A DNA stretch of 64,000 bases from the NCBI RefSeq assembly GCF_009914755.1, contig NC_060942.1; one strand, 5' to 3'. A model generated the notes under the pieces. It made no database searches. It was given only the letters and a program-made list of their open reading frames with translations, and had not been told where the DNA came from. A program made the translations under genes and the position numbers. Shown here in pieces: positions 25,433 to 46,257 of this stretch. The number at the start of each line of letters is the position of its first letter. Position 1 is the first letter of the stretch. The DNA is from the human T2T-CHM13v2.0 reference genome, Homo sapiens.

Positions 25433-25850
25433 AATAGAGGCAGAAAATCATTTGTTTTAACATCCATTCATGTCTGTAAAAAATTCTAAGTACATTGGAA
25501 ATGAAAGGGAACCTCTCCAGTCCAATAAAGGGCAATTATGAAAAACCTATAGCAACCATTATAACATATGATAAAATCTTGAATGCATGCCCCTTTAAGA
25601 TTAGGAAGAATGCAAGTATTCATGCTTTCACCACTTCTATTCAACATGTGCTAACCACTGAAATAAAGTTTTTTTTTAAAGGTATTAATATTAGGAAGAA
25701 AAAATAAAAATCTATTTATTCATAGAAGAAATATATGTGTAGAGCATACTATGGTGTCTTTAAAGAACTATAATTTACAAGGAAATTTATCAAGGGTTGC
25801 AGGATACAAGATCAACATTTAAAAATCAAATCTTGGTGAGAATGTGAAAC
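25433..25850 (+). mobile_element. Old L1M ORF2 fragment
   Basis: Degenerate translation resembling L1 ORF2 (IKGNYEKPIATII...); CAAGGGTTGCAGGATACAAGATCAACAT. Confidence 0.7.
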
Positions 25851-25944
25851 AACTATTAACTCTGAAAAATGAAACAAAGTAAACTTAAATGTTCTTCTTC
25901 CTTTGATTTTTTTGTATAAAGTGTTAAGGATATAAAAATATTAG

Positions 25945-26320
<376 letters not shown>

Positions 26321-27004
26321 ATTTTTTGACTTTTTAATAACAGTCCTTCTGACTGGTGTGAGATGGTATCTCATTGTGGTTTTGATTTGCATTTCTCTAA
26401 TGAATAGTCAAGCTGAGCATTTTTTTTTTCATATGCTTATTGGCCGTATACATGTTTTCTTTTGGGAAGTATCTGTTCATATAAAAAGTGGTAATATTTT
26501 TTGAGAAAAAAATGAATAAATTCAGAGACAAACTCTTTTGTTGGTTAAAAGTAATATTATTGAATATATACATGCCAATGCATAAATTGAATACAATTTA
26601 ATAAAATACCAGTAATACTTTTCATTGTAAAATTAATTCAAGATTATCTAGAGGAAAAAATCTATCCAAGGTGATAAAACTTTCCTAGAAGGATTAAAAA
26701 GTCTCCATTTTGAGGACTATTTTAGATCTTCAAATTAATTTTATCTTATGTATTAGAGTGAACATTAAGAGGTGAGTAAGATCCTGGATTATATGCACAA
26801 TTATGAAAAAAATCATGTTTTTAAAAGTTTTGGTGGCAAGACTAACCTACTCCAAGATGGGGTTGTTATTCCACCTAAGAACGTATCTAACCTCATTCAT
26901 TTTGCTTCCTTTCTCTATTTTCCTTTGTGCAGCTCTCTTTATCATTGTTTTCTTTTTGTGGTTATATGGATTTGTAGACTGTGCATTTATATGGACTGCC
27001 ATGC

Positions 27005-27470
27005 GAGCTGTCACAGCCCAGGCAGTGGAGTGTGGTTGGCTTGTGGGTAGTAAGAAGAATTTACCAACAACTGTATAGATTTGGAAAGGAAAGCTGTATT
27101 AGATGGAAAGAATGCTGCAGAGGAGTGCAGCAGGGCTCCTCAGCAAGAGAGGACTGAGTACGCCACTGCACTAGATTTTTCCTTAGGGTATTTATGGACC
27201 TTAAAGTGGGAGCTTAAGGGTAATTTTTACCATATTAGCCACATAGGTCATGGTAAACAATTACATTTATAGACATTTTGGTGCCTTGATGTCAGCAAGG
27301 GTTGCACAATGAGTTTAGAATACATGCATTCCAGAGATGCATAGAAATTCTGGTTACTCACAAATTTTTGGAAAAGAAATCTCATACCAGATGCCAGCTT
27401 TACATAATAGGGATGTCTAATTACTTCTGAATTCCTTAGATAAGGAGTTCTGCCTCTAGATGGTCTTGCT
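27005..27470 (-). mobile_element. ERV1-class (MER4-group-like) LTR fragment
   Basis: Resembles the reverse of MER4-group LTR 3' ends (GGCTTGTGGGTAGTAAGAAGAATTTACCAACAAC...TATTAGA); family not pinned down. Confidence 0.5.
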
Positions 27471-28330
27471 CTCCTCGTGGACTAGTATCTCTCTGTCTCT
27501 TCACCTTTTTTTTTTTTTTAAGTCATACGACTATCTTTCCATTTATGTCTCTGCTAGTCTTTCTTTTCCCTTTTCTCTTGATTTTTATTTTGATTATTGT
27601 AACTTTTTCTGTACTTCTCTCTCTCTCCTTTCTTCTTTCTTTCCTTTTTCTACTCTTACACTTTGTTTTTGAACTGTGAAATAAATTAGAACAAATATAT
27701 TTGGTGCTAAATTATGTTTATTACCCCCAAATCTGTGTTCTTATTTCACTTGTAAAGTGACCCATAAACTCAGTGTTTTCTTTAAAGCAAAAGATTAAAA
27801 TAATTTTAAAATAAAATAAAATTAATTTGCATTTATTTTTTCTGACTCAATTAATTTTTAAAATTAATAATCTTTAATGGAAAAATGTTTTTCATCCTTG
27901 TTTTAGTTGAGCAGAGTGAAAGGGAACAAATTACAAATACCAAGATCATGACACATCTTTTCATGCTATGTAGGAGGTCACCTTCCCTTTAGCAATTGTT
28001 CTATCCTATACCAAGAAACTATTTTCTCTAAGAAGAATTACGCAACAGTATTCATGAGCTTTTCAATATTTCCTTTGCTAATGTCCTTATCACCGTCAAC
28101 ATCCTACAACTGAGGAAGGTGCTTATCTTGCATGCAAAATTTAAAGGCGTGCCCAAAAACTCAATAGTAGAGATAAACATTTTAATCAATATTTTGAGAA
28201 ATCAAAATTAATTTTAAAATTTGTGATAAACAAAGTACCAAATTTTAAGCAAAGTCAGGATCAGCAACTGCCATGTTGAGCCACGTTGGAACCTGAGGCA
28301 ACAGGAAAAATAAATAATATTGGTGAAGTC

Positions 28331-30966
<2,636 letters not shown>

Positions 30967-31139
30967 CTACAAAGTCCCTTTTGGCAATTCAGGTAACATA
31001 TTCACATTATAATATTGTAAGGTCTTATATATACTTGGTCTATATATAATTCATTGTTCTCAAGTCCCTTACATTGTCAGTTGTTTTCTGTGCTTCTCCA
31101 ATATTACTTAGATATTACAGTTTTATAATTTGTTTGCAG

Positions 31140-32805
31140 ATTTGATCTTCAACAAAGCTGACACTGGGGAAAGGACACACTCTTCAATAAATGGTGCTGG
31201 GAAAATTGGATAGCCACATCCAGAAGAATGAAACTGGACCACTATCTCACTATATACAAGAATCAACTCAAAGTAGATTAAAAACTTAAACAGAAGACCT
31301 GAAACTATAAAAATACTTGAAGAAAACCTAGGGAAAAATTTCCTGGCCTTTTGTCTAGGCAAAGAATTTATGACTAACACCTCAAAAGCCACAAACAACA
31401 CAAATAAAAATAGACAAATGGGGCTTAGTTAACTTAGAAAGCTTCTGAGCAGCAGAAGAAATAATCAGCAGAACGAAGAGACAACCTCCTGAATGGAAGA
31501 AAATATTTGCAAACTGTTCATCTAATAGTGGACTAATACCTAGAATTTACCAAAAACCCAAACAACTCAACAGGAAAAAAAAATTCCACTGGAAAGTGGC
31601 CAAAGGATATAAATAGACATTTCTCAAAAGAAGACATACAAAGGGCCAAAAGATATATGAAAAAATGCTCAACATCACTAATCATTATATAAATGCAAAT
31701 CAAAACCACAATGAAATATTATTTCCCCCTAGTCATAATGACTATTACTAAAAACAAAAACAAAGCAAAACAAAATATAACAGATTGAAAAAGGAACTCT
31801 TCTACACTGTTGGTGGGAATGTAAACCAGTATAGCAACTGTAGACAACATTATGGCGATTCCTCACAAAAGTAAAAATAGAATTACCATTGGAAACAGCA
31901 ATTTTACTACTGGGTATTTACTCAAAGGGGAAAAAAATCAATATACCAAGGGGATACCTGCACTCGCATGTTTATTGCAGTACTTTTCACAATGCAAAGA
32001 TATGAGACCAACCTAAGTGGGGGTTTGGGCTTATGAAGGTGATAGTAAAAAGACTCAGGGTTTGTGAAGTTGGTGAGGGATTTTGCAAAGCTCTTCAAAC
32101 GGCATGAAGAACTGTTGACCAGTGAAGATGGCAAGGTGGACGGCTCAGCAGCCAGGGATGTGCTGGTGCGCAGGGGCAGTAGCATGATGTGCAGGTGTAC
32201 CCAGCCATGTTTGGGGTACTCAGGTCCCAAGTGGTGCTTGGAAGAGGTGATGAAGCTCTGAAATAATTTCCGAGCATGATCTATTATCAAGCCAGTAACA
32301 TACAAAATACAGAATATTTCATGATGATATCCTCCAATAAAAATCATGAACAAATAAAACAGAAAACAAACCAACAAAAAATGTGGTGTATATACACAAT
32401 GGAATATTATTCACAGCCATAAAAAAGAATGAAATAATGTCATTTGCAGCAACATGGATAAAACTGGTGTGAAATAAACCAGGCACAAAATGGTAACTAT
32501 CCCATGTTCTCACTTATATGCAGGAGCTAAAAAAATTTCATCACGTGGAGGTAGAAAGTGGAAAAATAGATCACAGAGACCGGGAAGAGTGAGTGGAAAG
32601 GGCAGGGGAAAGAACAAAGAGAAGTGCACTAAAGGATAAGATAGGAGGAATAAATTGAATGTTTGATAGCAGAGTAGGATAACTATACTTTAAAAAGTAT
32701 TGTACTGGAGTGACGAACACCCTAAATATCCTGACTTAATCACTATGCATTACATACACGTAACAAAATTCCACACGTATCCCATAAATTTGTACGAATA
32801 AAAAA
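31140..32805 (+). mobile_element. L1MA/L1PB 3' portion, interrupted at 32019-32370 by non-L1 DNA
   Basis: TTCAATAAATGGTGCTGGGAAAATTGG...CATCACTAATCAT...3' UTR ending TGTACGAATAAAAAAA. Confidence 0.85.
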
Positions 32806-33164
32806 AGCTTAAGTTAGCTAAAAACCAAAACATAAAGCAAACAAACAAAATGAAATAATATTTCTAATTCTTGACTACTTTAATCTGATTTGCCTTCACA
32901 CAAACTTTGAAAATTATTTTGTGAACTCAAAAATATCTCATGGTTTATTGAATTTCATTTTATAGGAGGGAAAATGTATGTGTTGAACGATGTTGCATTT
33001 TTCTCCAATACCATAATAAGTATTTAAATTTATTTGTCAACTTTTTTTTTTAGAATAGTATAGCTTTTGTCATTTATAAACAACACATTTCTGTTTAAGA
33101 TTATTCCTATTTACTTTATATAGCCTATTGTTCATCTGAATAGGTTCTTTTTGGCTACATTTTA

Positions 33165-33310
33165 ACATATTACATTTTAATATATTACATATTTAATATA
33201 ATGTTATATAATGTTAAATATATTTATTTAACAATTAAATATATTTAAGTTCAATATATTTATTTAACAATTAAATATATTTAAGTTCAATATATTTAAG
33301 TTCAATATAT
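33165..33310. repeat. AT-rich low-complexity tandem duplications
   Basis: AATATATTTATTTAACAATTAAATATATTTAAGTTC twice, plus AATATATTTAAGTTC. Confidence 0.8.
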
Positions 33311-33730
33311 TGTTGAATAATTTGTAAGAAGGTTATTGAATTTATTTTCTCATTTTGAAATTTGCCCTTGTACTGAATTATCTGGGTTTACTTTTTAAAA
33401 TTCTACTTTATAAAATTATCTTAAAGTAAAATGGACCTTTTCTTTGTTCTGGTAAGCAATCCATTAATTTTAGCATATATATAGATTATGTAATCAGCAC
33501 CACAACCAAGATATAGAACAGGTTACTAATACCAAAAAACTCCTTCATGCTCTCTCTTTCTGAATTATTTTTATTTCTATTCTTTTTCTGTTTATTCTCT
33601 TGCCTTTTCCAGTATTACTCTAATAATAATTATACCTGTTTTCCAGGATTTATACAGTTTTCCAGGATTACTCTAATAATTACTATATATCCTTATTTTT
33701 TGTTTTACAATTGGATACATATTTTAGATT

Positions 33731-34039
33731 TACAGCTAGCCCTCTTTTTCTGTGGGTTCCATATTCTTGGATTCAACCAATAGCGGATCCAAAATATTAA
33801 TAAAAAACAATACAAATAATACAAATTCAGAAAGTGATACAGTATAACAACTAGTTACATAGCATTTATATTGTATTAGGCATCATAAGTAATCTAAGGT
33901 GATTTAAAGTATATGGGAGGATGTGTTTAGATTGTATACAAATATCATGCCATTTTAACTCAGGGATTTGAACATCCATGGATTTTGGTATCAGCGGGGG
34001 TCCTGGAACCAATCTTCTATGGATACCAAGGGACAACTA
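33731..34039. mobile_element. Tigger3a/MER7-like TcMar MITE
   Basis: TACAG...GGATTCAACCAA...CATCCATGGATTTTGGTATC...GGTCCTGGAACCAATC...GGATACCAAGGGACAACT. Confidence 0.82.
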
Positions 34040-35372
34040 GAAAACTATTAAATCTTTATACCAGTTTTGTTAAGTTTTTAAAAAGTCGTTTCCTTTTTCT
34101 TCGTAGAAGGAAAAACATCTTAAAACTAAACTTGCTTTCTTATTTCAAAGAGTGCTAGAAATGTGGTCAGCTAGGGAAGATTTTCTTGGGGTCTATTGCC
34201 AGACCTGTGGGGAATGTAGGATGGATATGACAGTTGGGAAGAGTTCAGTCTTTGAGGTATTTGGGAAACAAGTCGTGCTTAGAGAGCAAGCCACAGATAA
34301 ATGATTGACCTGCAGGTAAATATGGCAAGACCCTTGGCTTATGGTTTTGGGTTGTGAATCCACATCTGTATCTTCCTGGATAATCCATTATGAACACTTC
34401 AAAAATAATGATAATTATTATAAACATCCCTGCTATTATTTCTACTATATTTTATTAAGTACTTTCCTTGTAGTAAGCATTGAACTGAATGTTTAACGTT
34501 TATTTCTATAATTTAATTTTTACACTATTCATCTAAGGTACTCCATACTACCTCTCTTCTCTCCTCCTGGCTATGTTGGACTTTCCAACGTCCCCCTTTC
34601 TATGATTCACCTATCCCTCGAAACAGCTATCAGTATTAGTTTGTGCTAATTTTTTAATGTATTGTCAGAAACTTTAATGCATGATACTTCCTTTAATACG
34701 CAACTTCCAGTAAGCAAGTATTTGCTGGAGACAAATTGCCTTAGCCTAAAAGAATAATTTTCCAATTGTTGGATTTTGAAAACTGGGGCATAAATATGGG
34801 AATATTTCCATAACTAAAGGAGTAATTTTTGTTCCCCATATGCTCTGTAAATGACTGCTTCAATGTTTTCTTCTCCTAGGCCAGTCCCAGTTGTGCTTTT
34901 CTCCAATGAACATTGCTACATCACAGGAGTGCATTCCCACTTTAAATAGCAAAGACACACTTCACAGTTCTTGTTGCAACTCTGTGAAAAGTTGGGTCAA
35001 CATTTTAATGACTCCCACTGCAAGTAGATTATAGTGTTTAATCCCTGATCTAGTCAATGTCACTGCTTTCTAAGGGGTTTTATAATAAAGACAGGAGAAA
35101 AATATACATCCGTACTCCAGGCTTCTGATGCTTACTAAAGAACTATGGTGATTTAAGTAGGCTTGCATATGTTATTAATAATAAAACACACTGATTATTT
35201 CTGAACAGCATTGTTAAATTTGGATTTTGAAACCTAGAAAATTTCTTAAATTTTGCCCAGAAAATATGCTTCAAGCTTTACATAGACCATCTAATATAAT
35301 TCTCACAAGTAGAGGTCAAATCTTAGGCTACTGAGACATAAGTGAAGTCAAGAATACCGTAACTACTCTTAA

Positions 35373-36173
<801 letters not shown>

Positions 36174-36720
36174 GTGAAAGTAATATTTACAATTTTGATA
36201 TTTAGTGTTCAATCACAGAATGAGTTAAGGATGGAATAATAAGGTAAATTATAATTAACTGAGTACAATTCATTTCCAGTACATTTGCTTCTGCACAGCA
36301 ACAATTAAAAACAAATTAAAAATTTTAAAAATGAATCAGATTTTTTCCCATTTTTATTTTTCCACTTCTAACTGGACTCTGAAAGTTGCTGCAACAGAAC
36401 AATTGCTATAATCCTTCTATTCTAAAGTCAGAATGTGTAGTCAATGTAAAATTTGTGATAGTTATCCAAAAAAGAAGCCAAAATTGTTTTGGAACATTTG
36501 TTTTAGTTTTTACTGCAAATCAGATAAGACTTTTTCTTTAGACTAGAAACCATGCCACTACTTTTAACTAAAAGCAATCAGCTAATCTGCAAATTTAATC
36601 AGCCAATCAGTTAATTCAGAAAAAAGGGGGCACATAATCATAAAACTTATTTTTTCACTGAATTGATACATTGGCACTGTCAGACAGTTAAATCTATATG
36701 TGTATTGATCTACAATCTAA

Positions 36721-37158
<438 letters not shown>

Positions 37159-38605
37159 CATTTTTGACTCTCTTTCCATTTGTTCATTCTTTGAGTTTGT
37201 AACAATGATTTTATTCTTTTCTTAGCATATTAATATTGACTATAACTTAAATATTAGTATACTGATATTTTAAAATTTTTGACATTCGTCCACCATGTTT
37301 CACTGACATAATGAAATCTTTTTTAGTGTACCTTGAAAACTTTTATTGAAGAAGGAATGAAATATTGCATTTTCAAAGACGGATAAGTTAGAATACAGGA
37401 TTAGATAAAATTGCATTATCTATTATAATTAAATTATTATCAAAACTAGATAAATATTCAAATATATAAAGTGAAATATTCAAATGTGTAATATAACAAG
37501 GGAATTCATGTAGTTTTACATGTGGAAAAAGCAATTTAACTAAAAAAAAGATTTAGATGCATATAGATTTATAAATGCCTGATCTAACACTATATTTTTT
37601 TACTTAATTAATTTTGGTCTCATCAAATTTTCCAGTAACCTGGACAAATTTCCAGTTACGCAGCTAAAATTTCTGTAGTCAAAGGCTTAAATTTCATTAG
37701 GTGGCTGGCAAAGTAAACACTACCTGGTCACAAAATTAGCTTTCATTTACTAGGACTAAGTTTCACTTGTTTTGTACCACACTTTTGACTGTTTGGTAAA
37801 GACATTGATATTCCGTAGGAAATAAAATTTCTAGAACTTGGGAAGCACTGTAAATGAAAAAATTAATTTTGAAAAATAATTCTGAGTTCTTAATGTATCT
37901 TTTTTGTTTGTTTTTTCTAGTTTAAAATATAGCTTTGGGTAGAATGAAGAGAATTAAATGAGGGAGATTCTCTTTTTAAAACATGTTTCTATGAAATAAT
38001 AAATTACCAAAAGTGGAGAATAACTCTTGTAGGTTACAAGAATGCCTTTTGGTTATCAGTTGTCTTATGGAATTAAGAAATTAAAAATTAAATAATTTAT
38101 CACCCTCATAAGATATTAAATGGATCTTCTGAAATCATTAAAGTCTTAGTTAAGTCTAGTGTTTAACAATAGTTGACTCAAAATATTCACATTTTTGTGT
38201 GTAAGAGAAACCTTTGAGAGTTCAACACTTATTTTATTTTTAGTTTTATTTACATGCCTTATTCAGTAGAGCACACAAATGTAATGTAATCTGCCTCAAT
38301 AAATGTGTATTACATAACTCGTTAAGTAGTATTCAGATAGGTGTATAATTGTATGGGCATGTGATGACTACAGCTCAACGTGTACTAATGCTAGTCAAAA
38401 CCAAGAGGTTAAACTTTTCAGATTATATCTGGTAGCAAATGTTAAGTGATTCCCCCCAAAAATGTTTACCCTGAGAATTTTTAGTTGGATTCTAGTAATC
38501 AATCTTTAAGCGAATGATAAGTTAATATGTGGTTGTAGAAATATCACACTTTCAAACTCTGTAATTTTGTTCCTTTTACAATTATAAAGCTGAGTCTGCA
38601 GATGA

Positions 38606-39550
38606 ATGGAGGGGTTCAACTATTCCAGAGTATCTGAATTCATGTTACTTGGACTTACTGATTCTCCTGAACTCCAGATATTCTTTTTTGTGGTGTTTTC
38701 TGTCTTCTATTTAATGACCATGTTAGGCAACTGCCTGATTTTGCTCACTGTCCTATCCACCTCACACCTTCACTCTCGCATGTACTTCCTGCTCAGCAAC
38801 CTGTCTCATTGACATGTGCCTGTCCTCCTTTGCCACACCAAAGATGATTATGGACTTTTTTGCTCTGCGTAAGACCATCTCTTTTGAAGGCTGCATTTCT
38901 CAGATCTTTTTTTTACACCTCTTCAATGGGACTGAGATTGTGCTGCTGATCTCCATGTCTTTTGACAGGTATATTGCCATATGTAAACCTCTCCACTATT
39001 CAACAATTATGAGCCAAAGAGTGTGTGTTGAGCTTGTGGCAGTTTCTTGTTGGACAGTGGGCTTTCTACATACAATGAGCCAATTAGTTTTTCCCTCTAT
39101 TTGCCCTTCTGTGTTCCCAATGTTGTAGACAGTTTTTTCTGTGATCTTCCTTTGGTCATCCAGTTAGCTTGTATAGATATTTATGTTCTTGGGACCTCCA
39201 TGATTTCAACCAGTGGTGTGATTGCTCTTATAAGTTTTCTGCTTTTGCTCACCTCCTACATCATTGTTCTTAATATTGTCAGGGACTACTCCTCCACAGG
39301 ATCCTCCAAGGCTCTTTCTACCTGTACAGCGCATTTTATTGTTGTGTTAATGTTCTTTGGGCCCTGTATTTTCATTTATGTGTGGCCTTCCACAAACTTC
39401 CTGGTAGACAAAATTCTCTCCGTTTTCTATACCATCTTCACTCCCTTTCTGAATCCACTTATCTATACTTTGAGAAACCAGGAAGTGAAGACAGCAATGA
39501 AGAAGAAACTGAATATTCAGTATTTCAGTCTTGGGAAAACTGCTCCGTGA
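38606..39550 (+). pseudogene. Olfactory receptor family 4 subfamily K pseudogene with two frameshifts; probably OR4K7P if the locus is POTEC
   Basis: Single-exon OR motifs: N-glycosylation site NYS, GN in TM1, LHSRMYFLL, SFDRYIAICKPLHY, KALSTC, PFLNPLIYTLRN. Frameshifts at ~38807 (-2) and ~39092 (-1). Confidence 0.92.
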
Positions 39551-40689
39551 TACTTCATGCAATGAATAGCGATCTCCTTTGTGAGATATAATATCAACAG
39601 TTATGTTCTTAGAGCAATCAAAAAATTAAACTTAGAATTTACCTTTCAAATAATTTAGTTTAAATTTATGAAAAGAAGTCAGGGATAAGAAATGTGCGAC
39701 ATCTTGACGAAAAGTTAGCGCAGTGTTTACAAACCTTTTGAGTTATGGGTCTATTTGATAATCTGGTGAAATGTAAAGGTGATTTTCATAGAAAAATGAA
39801 CATATCATCAAAATTGTGAACATAAATTCAGGACTTCATAGACCTCTGGATCCTACAAACATACCTCGGATTAAGACTAATTAAAGAAACCTGAGATAAA
39901 ATATGAATCTCTTGTTTTCTAATCCAGAATACTCCCATTCTGTACAGCCTTGTGGTACTCTGATGGTGTTTAGATTAATTTAGAAGTATAATTAGCAGTG
40001 CAGGACAAAACAAGTATAACACTGGAAATAGTTTTATGGGAAAATTTATACTGTGAAGAGATTCTTTTAGTTAATGTTCAACAATCTTGATTTAAGGGGT
40101 TCAGTTGTTTGAGTTCTGTGTCAACTCTGAAAATAAGAGAACAGTTCAAAGATTCAGAAATTTAACAATACAGTTTCTTAATAGGTGTTTATACCACTAT
40201 CACACTTCATAATTAATATAGTAAATAATCAAATAATAATTTCTAAAGTTTAAATCATAGACAGTAAACTATTCAAATGTGACTGGCTTTCAAAATCGGG
40301 CTGAAAATTATAAGTATGATGAATTTATTTACTACCAAGACTCAATGTTTGGGAAAAATATTAGCTATTAAATTAATCATAATTTTTTCATTTCCAAAAT
40401 AAATATTGCAGCATATTATTAGTCTTAGAAGAAGCTTTGTGTCTAATTTTCAACATAATATAACCTATGGAAAGAAAGGAAAAAAAGAATTTAAGAAATA
40501 CATAGCATGATTCTCCCTAATTTGGTATATTATTGATCATGTTAAATAGATTTTTCATTACAAGAGAGTCTTTGGAAATCAGCCAGTCCAATTTTCTAAC
40601 AGCTGACGTATTGAAGGTCCAGAGAATTCACAGGACAGATTTAAGGCTGAATCACTGTAAGGGGCAAAGACATTTCTGTAGACAAACAT

Positions 40690-40790
40690 GGACCCTGGAA
40701 TTAAATCTTGATTCTGTCATTTCCTAGTTGTATTATCCCTGGGGATTCACTTTACCTTTCCCTTTTTCATCTCTAAAAATATTGTAAAAG
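40690..40790 (+). mobile_element. MIR fragment
   Basis: AAATCTTGATTCTGTCATTTCCTAGTTG...CACTTTACCTTTC...CATCTCTAAAA. Confidence 0.5.
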
Positions 40791-41399
40791 GTAAATTAAA
40801 TATTTGTCATGACTGCTTTATGGAAAGTAATACAGAATGGGTTCTAAAAATGTCGTTTCTATTTCCCTAAAACTTCTTCCCAAAATACATCTTATATTAA
40901 AGTAGTATGCCTTTGAAGAATAACTTCTTTCAAAAAAAGTCACTAGCAGGTTAAATTCGATATTCTAGTTTTAGCATGTCTCTAAGACTGCAGCTTGTTA
41001 AGACATATGACAGAAAAACGAATAGAACGTTTTCCAGTTTTTCATTACTAATATGGTTGGGGTGACAAAACTAGGTTAGATTGCATGGTATTTTGATATG
41101 CTGATAAAAATGTGTCTACTTAAAATGACTGACGTACATAAAAAGAGTTCCAGAAGCAATCAGTCATCATAGATTTGAACAGCGAGTAGCATAAGAAAAA
41201 CACGACTTTGCCTTGCAAAGAAAGAAATGGCATTAATAGTTTTGCCACTTAAAAGTCCAAGATAATTGTAAAACATGCTTCAACACAACCTCCAATCCAA
41301 ATATTTAACATTAAATAATGTGCAGAAGCTTATGAAGAAATGTAGTGTTGGAGCTAGATAGAAAACCACATTTTAAATTTGAAACACTAGTTCATTTTA

Positions 41400-44580
<3,181 letters not shown>

Positions 44581-46257
44581 AATTATAAACTCTTCCTTAT
44601 GTCAGCTAAGCAAATAAAAAAAAAGGTTAAGGTGGAAATGTACTTTTACCTCATTTTGACTTTTCTGCCAAAATTCTCATCTTTGTTTTTGAATATTAAT
44701 CTCTGCTCCTGAAATGTCAATCTTTACTTCAATAATTATTTGTTGGACATGTACTCTGTTTCAGGCCCTCACTGGGTGCCGGAGATCCACTAGAATACAA
44801 GATCTGTTTCTGTGTCTTTGAGGGACATGTATCCAGCAATTAGTTACATCAGTCCCTTGTAGATGTCAATTCCAGTGTCACAAATTTCTTGTTTTGCAAC
44901 GTTGAGCAAGTTTTTTTCAATGTTTCTAAGCCTCAGTTTTTTTACCTACAAAATGTAATAATATTTAACCATTAGTAATGTTGTGAAAATTAAGCAAAAA
45001 TACATGTAATATATTTAACAATGCTTGGTGTTCATTAATGCTTTAATATATACTAACTACTTATATTATTGTTGCTGTTGTGTTAAACATGCATAAGACA
45101 GCAGGTACTAGAATGGAAATAAGGGTTCTTACTTGAAATTAAATGGCAGAATTTCATACTGTAATAGGATGTATCAATTTACCTAGTATTAATTAGTGTT
45201 AAAATACTGGATTTTTGTCAATTATTATTAGTCTTTGATGCATTTCTGTAGCTAGCATTGTCTTTTGTATGTGTTGGCCTTTGCATATTTTTCCAAAGAA
45301 GTATTATATACTTTTGGGGTTTCTTATTTTGAATTGAAGAATATGCTAAGATTGCATAAAAGAAAAAATAATAAATACACTATGTTCAATAGGTCAATGT
45401 CTTGTTTTTTGTTTTTTGTTTTTTTTTCACAGCAATGATTTTAAATAAAATAAACATAGTTTAAAAGTCTGAAGTATTTTGTCCTTCATCTCTTACCTAT
45501 TCAAAAGATAGTAATGGAAATGCTGTCTTCTATAAATTAACTGAGAAGTAAATGACTTAATAGTTATCTATTGAATTTTTTAAAAACACGTTAATAAACA
45601 AGGCAGACTTTGTCCAGACTTATAAAAATATAACAAATTGTTTATTTTGAGACATAGTAGAATGTACTGTTCAGGAAATTGTTAAAAATAGAACCATAAA
45701 ATTAAAGCATGAAGTAAGACATTTCATCTAATAAAAGCCCTAAAGCTGGAGAATAAATAACCTCTACCGGGGAATTTCTGGTAGAAGAGCTCATCTGGGG
45801 GGAATCAGCTAAGCCCTGAACTGTGCCCTCAAAGCCTTACTCATGGAGCCTACTTAAAATTTCTGGATAAATACAGCACGTCAGATTAGCCATTCTTCAA
45901 CTTGTTCCACGTGCCAGTATCTGAATATGGCTCTCACATTTGCAGTACCCTTGACTCCTCCTCAGACTGCAGTTTAGGTGACTCACTTTAGAGGCCTTGT
46001 CATCAAAGAAGGAAGATGAATCAGAGGTACAAAGAGAAGAAATTGGAGGTAGAATGAGAGGAAAAATGGATGCAGTCAAATAAATAGTTAGCTATTAATA
46101 AATTCACAATTTTGATTCCCCTTTTTTCTCATCCACTACTCCATACAATCCACTAAATAGTCCTCCTATTTTAAAAATATATATTGACTTAATTTATGTC
46201 TCTTCATCTCTGCTGCCATCTCCCTAGACAAGGCAGTTGTCTAGGCTACTAAGACAA

